From assembly GCA_963737065.1 (NCBI GenBank), contig CAVTRC010000001.1, forward strand, positions 640,001-704,000: a DNA stretch of 64,000 bases, written 5' to 3'. Shown in pieces: positions 39,181 through 48,152 of this stretch. This DNA is from Candidatus Eremiobacteria bacterium (GTDB lineage Bacteria > Vulcanimicrobiota > Vulcanimicrobiia > Vulcanimicrobiales > Vulcanimicrobiaceae). Under the pieces are notes generated by a model. That model was given only the letters and a program-made list of their open reading frames with translations, searched no databases and was not told the DNA's origin. The position numbers and the translations under genes are program-made. Positions within the stretch are counted from its first letter, which is position 1, and every line of letters begins with the position of its first letter.

Positions 39181-40833
39181 ATCGAGTACTCCCACGAATT
39201 CCAAAACGGCGAGATGACGGGCGAGGGGGTGAAGCCCTTCAGGTCACTGTTGTAGACGTAGACCGGTCTTGCGAAGTATATGACGATCGTCGGCACGTCG
39301 AGCGCCATTTGCTGCTGAATGATCGTATATTGCGGTTTTCGCTTTGCTTCGTCGACCGTCGCGAGCGCGGCGCGCTCCGCAGCATCGACCTTATCGTTTT
39401 TCCAGAACATCGTGTTCTGTCCGGTCGGCCCAAAATTCCAGCTGGAATAGAGCGCACTGTCGTCCGGGTCCGCCGCCGCAACCCAGGCATAGAATGCCGC
39501 GTCATAGTGACCGCCTTCGAGGACGCCTGCCGTACCGTTTTCGAACATCTGCGCCGTCGAATAGTTCTTCACGTTCGCCTCAACGCCGATGTCGCGCCAC
39601 GCGCGCTGCACCAGCGCTTGAGTCGCGCGGCCCGGCGGTCGATTCCGTTTGCGTGCTAAACGTGAACTGCAACCGCTGTCCGTTCTTCACGCGCACGCCG
39701 TCCGGCCCGGCTTTCCAGCCGTCACTGTCGAGGATCTGTTTCGCCTTCGCGGGATCGTATGGATAATGCTGGATGTCGCTCGTGTACGCCCATGAGAGCA
39801 TCGGGTGTTGGTCGGTCTCGGCAGATGTCGCCGATCCGTGAAAGACCTTGTCGATAATTTCTTGGCGGTTCGTGGCGTACGCGAGCGCTCTGCGGACGTT
39901 CACGTCGGAAAGAATCGGATTGCGAAGGTTGAAGTCGATGTGCCCGAACTGAAAGGCGTATGGGCGAACCGTGACGAGCCCATTCTTCGGATCCGCTGCG
40001 AGCGCTTGATACCGCGGCCAATTCAATCCGCTGCCGCGCACGATCATGTCGATGTTGTGCGTCTGGAGCTGCGTCTCCATCGTGTTCTCATCCGGCTCGA
40101 AATAGTAGTCGATCTCGTTGAGTTTCGGCTTGCCCATGAAATAGTTTGGATTCGCGGCGAGGCGCACCATCGTGCCGCGCTGCCACTCGATGACTTTGAA
40201 GGGCCCGCTTCCGATCGGCATCGAGTTGTACGGCGCGTTATTGATCGACGTCGGACCATTCAGATAGCTCGCGAGCAGATGCTCGGGAAGAATTGCCGCG
40301 TTGCCGTTCACGCCCCACAACTGCTGCAAGAACGGCGCATACACGCGTTTCATATGCACGACCGCGACGTAGGGGTCGCTGCAATCGATATCTTTGATAT
40401 CGCGATAGCCGTCGGTCGCCGCAACGTTCGTATGCGGGTTGATCACGACTTGCCAGGTAAATCGAAGATCTTTGCACGTCAGCGCCTGGCCGTCTTGCCA
40501 TTTGATGGTGTGACGCAGCTTGTATTTGAGCGTCAATCCGTCTTTACTGACGTCGCCGTTGGCAAGGCTCGGCACTTCTGAGACGGCATCGGGCACCGGC
40601 TTCGCGTGGTCATCATAGAGAACGGCATACGAAAAGATCAGCGTCGATAGGTCACCTGTTACGGCGTTCGCCCCGATGACCGGATTCAGCGTCGTGATGT
40701 CTTGATTTTGAGCGACTCGTAAGACGCCCGGGCGCGTCCATGAGTGGCGCATTCCTGCGGTTTGCTCGTTTCCGACCTTCGTGCATCCTGCGGCGGCAAA
40801 CGCAATGACTCCGGCGGCAAGCGCCGCGCGCAT
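39177..40833 (-). pseudogene. Second family 5 substrate-binding lipoprotein, split by a one-base insertion near 39630-39633 (pseudogene or sequencing error)
   Basis: ORFs 39580-40833 and 39177-39611 are the N- and C-parts; removing one base from GGGCC gives continuous STAGRATQALVQRAWRDIG; lipobox AAAGC. Confidence 0.8.
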
Positions 40834-40841
40834 ACGCGTGT

Positions 40842-42005
40842 TCAGACAGAACCTCCCTCTTCGCCTGGCGAAACTTTCATCGTGTCCGGATCGATGCCCT
40901 GACGCTCGTAGAATTCGCGAAACGCCTGCGGCGCGATTTCCGACGGTTTGATCTCGCTGCGTCCTCCCCAGAACACGTTGGTGTAGCCGAAATCGATCCC
41001 CGCTTCACGCAAGTGTTCGTCGATTGCAGCTTTGTGCGCGAGCACCCGCTCTTTTTCCATGCCGTGAGCGACGGCCATGATATTCACGTTGCGGAACTCG
41101 GGTCCGCCTTCCCGCCAATAGGCATGCGTGATGATATAGTGACGGCCGACTTCGCGCCCCGCTTCCATTTCGCGCCCACGCGGCACAGCCCAATGGAACA
41201 ACGCATTGTATCGCGTGACGCGTTCGTTGTTCGCGCCCGGTTTCACATGCTCGAGAAAGGTCGAAAACCGGCCGATGACGCGTCGCGCATTGAGATCGCG
41301 CGCCACGCGCGCAAACTCTTCCGACGACACACCGGCTTCGTCTGCCCGCGCATCCCAGATATTCCGGACGATTTCGCCCGCTTCGAACTCGCGTTTGAGC
41401 ACGGTGAGGACGCGCCACTCCAAATCGCTGAGTTGCACGATCGCGGTATCCTTTGGTTGCGCCATGACTTCGGCGCGCTCACCGGGCTCGAGCCCGCGGC
41501 GACGCACGTGACCGACGCCCAGCGCGAAAACGAACTTTGCGGGCATCAATCTGAAGGATTCCGCACCCGTTTGCTTCGCGAGAAACTCAGCGTGTTTGCG
41601 CAGCGAATAGCCTTGCGGAACTTTGGCGGTCGTCCACAAGCGATACGTGCTGCCCGGCGTGACCGCGTCCGTCGTTCGGATGACGATGTGCCCCGAAAAC
41701 GGATCATCCTTATACATGTACTCGAAGGCTGCATCGAGCCGGTCGTTGGGGATCTGCCACGCGCAAAGCGCGCCTTGCGCGAGGTTCGTCGACATCAGCG
41801 TCTGTCGCACGCGGCGGATCGTCCCGGCGCGCAGCATCGCGACGACCCGTTCGATAACCGTCTCAACCGGGACGCCGCTCTGCTGGGCAATCGCGCCGAA
41901 CGGATCCTCTTGAAATCCGGTAAGGCGGTCTTCCGAGACCGCGAGAATCGCGGCGTTCACCGGATCGGAAACCGCCGCTGGAACCGTAGGATGATCGGGA
42001 GCCAT
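40842..42005 (-). CDS. Double Lrp/AsnC-fold protein resembling a fused siroheme decarboxylase AhbA-AhbB (NirDL/NirGH-like)
   Basis: Two HTH+RAM units: DPFGAIAQQSG...GTIRRV and ADEAGVS...VIGRFSTFLEH...NALFHWAVP...ITHAYWR...NIMAVAHG. Confidence 0.65.
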   Translation of the reverse strand: MAPDHPTVPAAVSDPVNAAILAVSEDRLTGFQEDPFGAIAQQSGVPVETVIERVVAMLRAGTIRRVRQTLMSTNLAQGALCAWQIPNDRLDAAFEYMYKDDPFSGHIVIRTTDAVTPGSTYRLWTTAKVPQGYSLRKHAEFLAKQTGAESFRLMPAKFVFALGVGHVRRRGLEPGERAEVMAQPKDTAIVQLSDLEWRVLTVLKREFEAGEIVRNIWDARADEAGVSSEEFARVARDLNARRVIGRFSTFLEHVKPGANNERVTRYNALFHWAVPRGREMEAGREVGRHYIITHAYWREGGPEFRNVNIMAVAHGMEKERVLAHKAAIDEHLREAGIDFGYTNVFWGGRSEIKPSEIAPQAFREFYERQGIDPDTMKVSPGEEGGSV

Positions 42006-42049
42006 ACGCCGCTCTTTAGACGACCGCTCCCCATCACCCGTCCCGCACC

Positions 42050-42168
42050 GCGGATTGGCGCAAAGCGCCAACCGTAACCGGTTCACGCGAACCGTGCTTC
42101 AAATCGCTCATTAAAGCTGCGGCTTGGCCCGAAGGGCCAAACGCGACGGGTTCGCCGGAGGCGAATCC
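42050..42168. repeat. Two-unit degenerate repeat of paired hairpins (REP/BIME-like or structured RNA)
   Basis: GCGGATTGGCGCAAAGCGCCAACCG vs GCGGCTTGGCCCGAAGGGCCAAACG (20/25 identical, 69-nt period), each followed by a GGTTC...GAA(C/T)C hairpin. Confidence 0.55.
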
Positions 42169-42169
42169 T

Positions 42170-43642
42170 CTAGAGCTTCAAGTCGCTCGCCCCGATCGAG
42201 AACGTGTAGCGTTCCTCGGAGACGCGCTCCGCGTAGAGCGCGTTGACGTAGGTGCTCGACGCCGTTGCAAAGAGTGACTGCGCCGTGACGATATCGGTGA
42301 TCGTTGCGGCGCCCACGCGATAGCGAGCTTCCGTCGCTTGCACGTTCACAACCGCGCTGTTCAATCCCGATTGCGCTTCTACGAGAGCCGCGCGCGCCGA
42401 GATGACCTGCGACAGTGCGGTCCGCACGTCGGACTCGACGGTCAGTTTCGTCGACACCAGCGCCGCATTCGCTTGATCGAGTTGCGATGCCGCGAGCGCG
42501 ACGTTGTAGTTCGTCAACCCTTGGTCGTAGATCGGAATCGAGATCGTTGCGCCGAGCTGTCCACTTCCGCTATAGGGCAGCGCGCCGTTCGCACCGGGCG
42601 CGAGGATCCGTCCGGTACCGGATGACGCATTTGCGTTGATCGACGGAAAGCGCGCCAGCTTTGCAAACCGGACATTCTCTTGCGATGACTCGACCGTATG
42701 AATCGCCGCCAGGTAGTCGGGACGCAAATTCAACGCTTCGTTGAGCGCCTGCTGATAGGGAAGCGTTTTTACTTGCGGCGGCGAGGACGACAGACGCTGC
42801 GGCTGAATTGCCGTATCCGCATCCAATCCCAGCGTCGTCGCAAACGTCGCTTGTGCGCCGATCGCGGAACTCTGAGCCGCGACGAGCGCACCGCGCGCCT
42901 GCGCGGTTTGCGATTCTGCGGCTGCAAGGTCGGAACGCGCTGCGGCGCCTGCGCGAATCTGCGCGGAAATCGCCTTCTCTTGCGTTTCGAACTGTCGCAC
43001 GACGAGCGCATCCGCATCAACGGTTGCATCGGCTTGGAGTACGCCGTAATAGGCATTCGCGACGTTGAATGCGAGCGTTTGCACTTGCCGAACGAGCGTG
43101 TCTTTACCGGCGATATCGGCTTCACGTGCCGAATGGATGCCCGCGATGACGCGCCCGCCGTCATAAATCAACTGCGTGAGCGCAACGTCCGCTCGTTCCT
43201 GCGTAACCATCGAGCCGCCGGTATTCCCCGTGCCGCCCGTATTTGTACCGCTGCCGGCGCCGTAGCTTCGCGTGATCGAACCGTTGGCGCTGATGTTGGG
43301 GTAGAGCGCACCCAATTCCGAACCGTACCGCGCATAAATTGCACGGTACTGCGCGCGCTCGGATGCGAATGCGGGTGACTGCGCGACCGCGATATCAACG
43401 GCCTGTTCGAGCGAGACGTTCGTCGGCACACCTGCGCGCTGGCGCTGCGCCGCGACGTCGGGCGCAGGTGTGCCGTATGCGGGATACGGGATCGGCGTGC
43501 TCGACGTGGTCGGAAGCGGCATTGCGGATGGCGCCGTAACCGGCGCTTGGTGCGGCTGCGCGCTTGCGTGTAAAGGCACAGCGGGAGCCAGCACGAGCGC
43601 AAAGGCGAGCGTTCGCGCGAAAACGTTGAGCGCGCGACTCAC
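42170..43642 (-). CDS. TolC family outer-membrane efflux protein
   Basis: SLEQAVDIA...SP, LYPNIS, IYDGG, NAYY, RPD, ISIPIYDQG, RYRVGAATITDI. Confidence 0.92.
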   Translation of the reverse strand: MSRALNVFARTLAFALVLAPAVPLHASAQPHQAPVTAPSAMPLPTTSSTPIPYPAYGTPAPDVAAQRQRAGVPTNVSLEQAVDIAVAQSPAFASERAQYRAIYARYGSELGALYPNISANGSITRSYGAGSGTNTGGTGNTGGSMVTQERADVALTQLIYDGGRVIAGIHSAREADIAGKDTLVRQVQTLAFNVANAYYGVLQADATVDADALVVRQFETQEKAISAQIRAGAAARSDLAAAESQTAQARGALVAAQSSAIGAQATFATTLGLDADTAIQPQRLSSSPPQVKTLPYQQALNEALNLRPDYLAAIHTVESSQENVRFAKLARFPSINANASSGTGRILAPGANGALPYSGSGQLGATISIPIYDQGLTNYNVALAASQLDQANAALVSTKLTVESDVRTALSQVISARAALVEAQSGLNSAVVNVQATEARYRVGAATITDIVTAQSLFATASSTYVNALYAERVSEERYTFSIGASDLKL

Positions 43643-44904
43643 TGCGAGTTCGATCCTCCGTTCGATCCACTCGCGGGAGCCGCGCCGTTAATCGCAACGA
43701 CGCTGCCATCCTTCAGCGCATCCGGGCGTGTCGTGATGACCTTCGTGCCTGGTTGAACCTGCGGTGAATCGACTTCCGCAAGCGTGTCGGTCTGAATGCC
43801 GACGCGCACGGGGACTTCCTTGGCTTTGTTGTCGGCGCCGACGACGTAAACGGCGTTTCCGTTTTCGGTTTGCGCGACCGCCGTACGCGGAACGACGATC
43901 GCGTTGTTACGCGCTTCCTTTGTAATCGTCGCCGTCACCAGCATGCCGCCGCGCAGGATATCGCTCGGGTTCGCCATTTGGATACGAGCGAGATACGATA
44001 GCGTGCCTTGCGTCGGTACGGCGTTCACCGTGCTGATATTCGCCGAGAAGTTTTTTCCGGGAAGCGAACTGGACGTAAAGCGGACGCGCGTACCCGGACG
44101 CACGTAGGCAAGATCTTCATCGGGCACGTTGATATTGACCCAGACGGTGTCGATGCGCGAAATCGCGAGCACCGGCTGTTGCGGACTCGCGTACGCGCCC
44201 GGATCCAACAGGCGCTGCGTGATCACGCCTGAGTACGGCGCGTATAACGTCGTCTGCGAGATCTGCGTGCGCAACGTGTTCGCGTTCGCCGCGGCCGCTT
44301 GTGCGCCGGCTTGCGCCGCTTTTACGTTTTGCGCGCTGACCGTATTGTTCAACAGTCCCTTTTGCGCGTTCTGTACTGTGTTTTGCGCTTGGACGTATGC
44401 GGCGCGCGCGGCCTCCAGCTGCGCTTGCGAAACGTAGCCTTCCTTGAAGAGCGCTTGATCTTGATTGTAGACGAGCTTTGCATTATTGAGCGCCGCTTGC
44501 GCCGTTGTGACGGCCGTATTATTTTGTTCCATCTGCGCGGGCAGTCCGACTTGCGCGCCGGTCGCGCTCGCACTCTGCTGCGCCGCCTGCGCTTCGGCTT
44601 GCGCCAGTTGGGCGCGCAACGTCGAATCGTCGATCTTCGCAAGCACTTCGCCCGTCACGACACGATCGCCGACATTGACGTTGATTGCCGTCAGCGGTCC
44701 GCTTTGCTGAAACGCGAGCGTCGACTGCTGAAGCGGCGCGATCTGTCCGTCGAGTGAGATATATGTCGCAATGTCGCGGCGCTGCGCGCTCGCGACGTCG
44801 ACGTTGAGCGGCATCGCTCCGCGTTGCTGGCCGCCGCCTTTGCCGCATCCGCTCAAAAGAATCGCCGCGATCGTTCCGACGACCGCCGCACGTTGATATC
44901 GCAT
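43639..44904 (-). CDS. Efflux periplasmic adaptor (membrane fusion protein), lipoprotein
   Basis: Lipobox LLSGC, GDRVVTGEVLAKID, coiled-coil hairpin, LYAPYSGVI, LRGGM, VVPRTAV. Confidence 0.92.
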   Translation of the reverse strand: MRYQRAAVVGTIAAILLSGCGKGGGQQRGAMPLNVDVASAQRRDIATYISLDGQIAPLQQSTLAFQQSGPLTAINVNVGDRVVTGEVLAKIDDSTLRAQLAQAEAQAAQQSASATGAQVGLPAQMEQNNTAVTTAQAALNNAKLVYNQDQALFKEGYVSQAQLEAARAAYVQAQNTVQNAQKGLLNNTVSAQNVKAAQAGAQAAAANANTLRTQISQTTLYAPYSGVITQRLLDPGAYASPQQPVLAISRIDTVWVNINVPDEDLAYVRPGTRVRFTSSSLPGKNFSANISTVNAVPTQGTLSYLARIQMANPSDILRGGMLVTATITKEARNNAIVVPRTAVAQTENGNAVYVVGADNKAKEVPVRVGIQTDTLAEVDSPQVQPGTKVITTRPDALKDGSVVAINGAAPASGSNGGSNSQ

Positions 44905-45104
44905 CGTTCTCCTACCGTCCACAACAAACAAAAGCCGCGTCTGTTCCTTCAGTGAGTCAACGTAGACTATACGGCCGCGAGGCGAAAATTGATTCATACC
45001 TTGGGCCGCAAACCTGAAAACAGCCTGTTATGCTGTTCGTCGCTTCCGCGTTACCTTCGGTAACTCCCGAGGAGCGCGTGGGGTTTCCTCGTATCCTCCC
45101 CCGC

Positions 45105-45500
45105 ATGAGCGCGAAACTGGACATTGGCCGCTCGTATAGTCTGCAAACTCGCGTCGAGGAGTGGATGACCGCCGATAAAGCGGGAAACAAGGGAGTCGAA
45201 GCGCTCTCGACCTCGGTGCTGGTTCAATTGGTCGAAAACGCGGCGATCGCGTGTTTGGAACCAATACTCGGAACGGAAACCGTATCGCTCGGAACGCATA
45301 TAGACGTCGAGCATCACAAACCCGTGCCGGTAGGCTTCATCGTTCGAACTGAGGTGGAGATCGTAATGATTGACGGTCCTCGCGTCAGTTTTGCCGTCCA
45401 GGTCTTCGACGAGCAAGAGGCCGTTGCGGAGGGAACACACGAACGCTATCTGATCGAGCGTTCGAAGTTTCTCGCCAGGCTTGAGGAAAAGCTTGCGTAA
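45105..45500 (+). CDS. Hotdog-fold thioesterase (fluoroacetyl-CoA thioesterase FlK-like)
   Basis: ALSTSVLVQLVENAA, SLGTHIDVEHHKPVPVG, AEGTHERY. Confidence 0.85.
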   Translation: MSAKLDIGRSYSLQTRVEEWMTADKAGNKGVEALSTSVLVQLVENAAIACLEPILGTETVSLGTHIDVEHHKPVPVGFIVRTEVEIVMIDGPRVSFAVQVFDEQEAVAEGTHERYLIERSKFLARLEEKLA

Positions 45501-45665
45501 CCGTTTGGTCCAAAGAAACCGAGAACTTGCCCGGCTCATACTGCAGGGTGGGCAATCGTCCTCCCGAACAGATGAACAAAGATTGTTTTGGGAGCACCTT
45601 TGCCCTTAGCCCGAGTGGCTGGCGCACGGGTTTTCCGCGTGGTAAACACGCGCACCCGGACAAGC

Positions 45666-45681
45666 TAAGTTCTAGAACTTA
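45666..45681. promoter_or_regulatory. Perfect 16-bp palindrome next to the RBS
   Basis: TAAGTTCTAGAACTTA equals its own reverse complement; 2 nt before AGGAGG of the gene at 45695. Confidence 0.5.
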
Positions 45682-45694
45682 CTAGGAGGAAACA

Positions 45695-47008
45695 TTGAAG
45701 CGACTGAGCACCGGAGTCCTGGCCGCGGTTTTGGCCGCCGGCTTCGGACTTAACGCGGTCGCAGCCCCTGCCGGCGCCTCGCATGGAAACATTGGAACCA
45801 ACGCGATCGCGCAAGCGGGTGGCTCGACCTCGGCTCCGCCGGCGAACTTCGGTTCTCCGCCGTCGGGGCAGATCCCGATTCTCTTCAACGACCACCATGT
45901 CTATGCTAAGCCCGACGTCCTGAAGCAGGGTCGCGTGCTTGCCGCACTCGTTCGCGGCGGTACGGTTTTGATTCCGCTTCGTTCAATGTTCGAGCAGATG
46001 GGCGCGACCGTTTCGTACGACGCGGCCAACAAGACGGTGGACGTTAGTAAACCGGGCGCCGACGTGAAGGTCACGGTCGGTAAACCCGAAGTTATCATCA
46101 ACGGCGAAACGCGTCCGCTCGACGTGCCGCCGATGATGTACCAAGGTCACGTTCTCGTTCCGGTTCGTGTTATTTCGGAAGGCATGGGAGCCTACGTGCA
46201 ATGGGTGCCCGACAAGCAAGTCGTCGTCGTGCGTTATCTGCCGCCGACGCCTCCGCCGCCGCCCACGCCGGCTCCGACCGAAGCACCGACCGTTGCGCCA
46301 ACACCGACTCCGACGCCCGCACCGACGCCGTACTTCGATCACTTTGTGGTGGGCGACTATCTATTCTCACCGAAGGTGTATAACGAGTTCAACAACGGCG
46401 CGACGCAGAGCAACACCAACGGATTCTCATATGCAATTCGTGGTGGGCTCGAATTCCCGCTCTTCAACATTCCGTGGATGCTCGAGGGCGATTATCGTCA
46501 ATTCAACTATCCACACAACTGTAACGGAACCGCCGGCGATCCGTCGTGCTACGTCACGACGATCGGCTCAACGGGACAAACGTTCGTCCCGCAGTTCACG
46601 GTTCGCGACTACGACTTCGATGTGCGACTCGGCCTGCGCGTTTTGCAACCGCGCATCTACATCGGCGTCGGTTACATGTGGAAGGGCAACAACGCCGGCT
46701 ATCCGCGCATGAGCAACATCGGTTTCGGCATCGAAAAACTGCCGGATCTGAATCAACCGTTCTCCGTGTACGGTAGCGCCTGGTATTACCCGAACGTGAA
46801 GGGCAACTTCACGGATCCGGGCACCGGCGTCGGCTATCAACTCGCGTACAATATTCTCAAGACGCAACTCGGCTTCACGTATGCGTTCCAAGGCAGCCCG
46901 CTGTTCCTGGAAGCCGGCGTGTTGGGCGAGAGCCAGAAGAATAAGAGCAACGCTCCGACCGACGGTTCGAATATGGCGATCTACGCCGGTATCGGACTGA
47001 AGTTCTAG
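45695..47008 (+). CDS. Copper-amine-oxidase N-terminal (stalk) domain + Pro/Thr linker + outer-membrane beta-barrel
   Basis: AGGAGG RBS with TTG start; LIPLRSMFEQMGATVSYD, LVPVRVISEGMGAYVQW; PPTPPPPPTPAP; terminal YAGIGLKF. Confidence 0.85.
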   Translation: MKRLSTGVLAAVLAAGFGLNAVAAPAGASHGNIGTNAIAQAGGSTSAPPANFGSPPSGQIPILFNDHHVYAKPDVLKQGRVLAALVRGGTVLIPLRSMFEQMGATVSYDAANKTVDVSKPGADVKVTVGKPEVIINGETRPLDVPPMMYQGHVLVPVRVISEGMGAYVQWVPDKQVVVVRYLPPTPPPPPTPAPTEAPTVAPTPTPTPAPTPYFDHFVVGDYLFSPKVYNEFNNGATQSNTNGFSYAIRGGLEFPLFNIPWMLEGDYRQFNYPHNCNGTAGDPSCYVTTIGSTGQTFVPQFTVRDYDFDVRLGLRVLQPRIYIGVGYMWKGNNAGYPRMSNIGFGIEKLPDLNQPFSVYGSAWYYPNVKGNFTDPGTGVGYQLAYNILKTQLGFTYAFQGSPLFLEAGVLGESQKNKSNAPTDGSNMAIYAGIGLKF

Positions 47009-47090
47009 ACGGTTCGGCCCGCCGCGAACGCAGCGGGTCGCATCGCTTGCTCCGAACCTTCACCCGCATCGTGCGGGCACCCCAAAAAAG

Positions 47091-47126
47091 GAAGAACGGC
47101 TCCGCGAAAGCGGGGCCGTTCTTCTT
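47091..47126. terminator. Bidirectional intrinsic terminator between convergent genes
   Basis: GAAGAACGGCTCCGC-GAAA-GCGGGGCCGTTCTTC followed by TT, with an A run on the 5' side. Confidence 0.75.
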
Positions 47127-47149
47127 GTAACATCGTTTGCCGTACGGCG

Positions 47150-48043
47150 TTACGCGTGCGTCGTCGCAGATGCCGACGGCGCGGTCGCGGCGGACGACGG
47201 CGCCATCGTGGCGGGCAACGGCGCGGTCGTCGCCGGCGACGGAGCGGTCGTGGACGGCGCAGCCGTGCTCGCCGGTGATGGGAAGTTCGACGGTGCCGGC
47301 GTCGGTGATTCGAGCAGCGGTGACGGTTTTACGCACGGCGGTTGAATGACGTCGACCTTCGGTTGTCCCGGCTTCGGCGTTGGTGTGGGCGCGGGTGTCG
47401 GCGTTGGAGTCGGCGTCGGTGTCGGCGATGGCGTCGGGGTCGGTCTTCTGTTCGGAGGACCGGACGTCGGAGTGTCGGTGGGTTCCGGCGTCGGACAAAG
47501 CTCCGCATTCGCAAAGTAGTGTTCGGTGAACCCCTTCGCCATATCGGTTTTCTCGAGTTTTCCGAAATATGTCGTCGAGAACGTGGGGCTCGTCAGGATG
47601 TGCATGTACTGCCAAGCTTTGTCCTGATAGCTCTTGATGTAGATCTTCTTATACATCCTGATTGCCAGGAAGTAGCTGCGGGCGAGTTGCGGATCGCCCG
47701 GATATTTCTGCGCCCACGCTTGCAAAGCTTCATCCGCGAAATTGACCTTGTTGATCACGTTCGCATCGGTCGTATAGTCGCCCGCGCGAATGAATTCGTC
47801 GTGGAACGTGTTGTTGATGCCCAGATAACTCAGCTTCATCCGGCCGAAATACTCGTCACCCGGCGCTGAGTTCTGAAAGCGCTCGCAAACGTCGTGCGCG
47901 TATTTGCTCTTTGCAGTAGAGCAAGGGTCCTTCGGCGTTGCGGTCGGTTTCGCCGCCGGTGCGGCGGCGTTCACCGTGCCATAACCGGCGTTTGCGACGG
48001 CGACCGCTGCGGCAGTCGCAATTGTGAGTAACGTGCGCTTCAC
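47150..48043 (-). CDS. Secreted hypothetical protein with a Pro/Thr-rich C-terminal tail
   Basis: GGAG/GAGG upstream of GTG 48043; signal peptide; APGDEYFGRMKLSYLGINN core; (TP)n tract. Confidence 0.75.
   Translation of the reverse strand: MKRTLLTIATAAAVAVANAGYGTVNAAAPAAKPTATPKDPCSTAKSKYAHDVCERFQNSAPGDEYFGRMKLSYLGINNTFHDEFIRAGDYTTDANVINKVNFADEALQAWAQKYPGDPQLARSYFLAIRMYKKIYIKSYQDKAWQYMHILTSPTFSTTYFGKLEKTDMAKGFTEHYFANAELCPTPEPTDTPTSGPPNRRPTPTPSPTPTPTPTPTPAPTPTPKPGQPKVDVIQPPCVKPSPLLESPTPAPSNFPSPASTAAPSTTAPSPATTAPLPATMAPSSAATAPSASATTHA
47173..47262 (-). repeat. Imperfect 21-nt coding tandem repeat (about 4 copies of a PxTTAPx heptapeptide)
   Basis: PSTTAPS PATTAPL PATMAPS SAATAPS. Confidence 0.6.
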
Positions 48044-48152
48044 GTATAGCCTCTGTCTCCTAATGAAAGCGGCAGTAGCTTTTGAGGGGCCTATTCGCTT
48101 CAGGGAACGTCTGTCCCATGCCGGAATGTCACAGCGGCGTTTCGTAGAAGCG

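Noticed and set aside
47385..47445. Repeated GGCGTCGGTGTC-like units could be read as a DNA repeat array or CRISPR
   Set aside because: They encode a (Thr-Pro)n linker; no spacers and no cas genes
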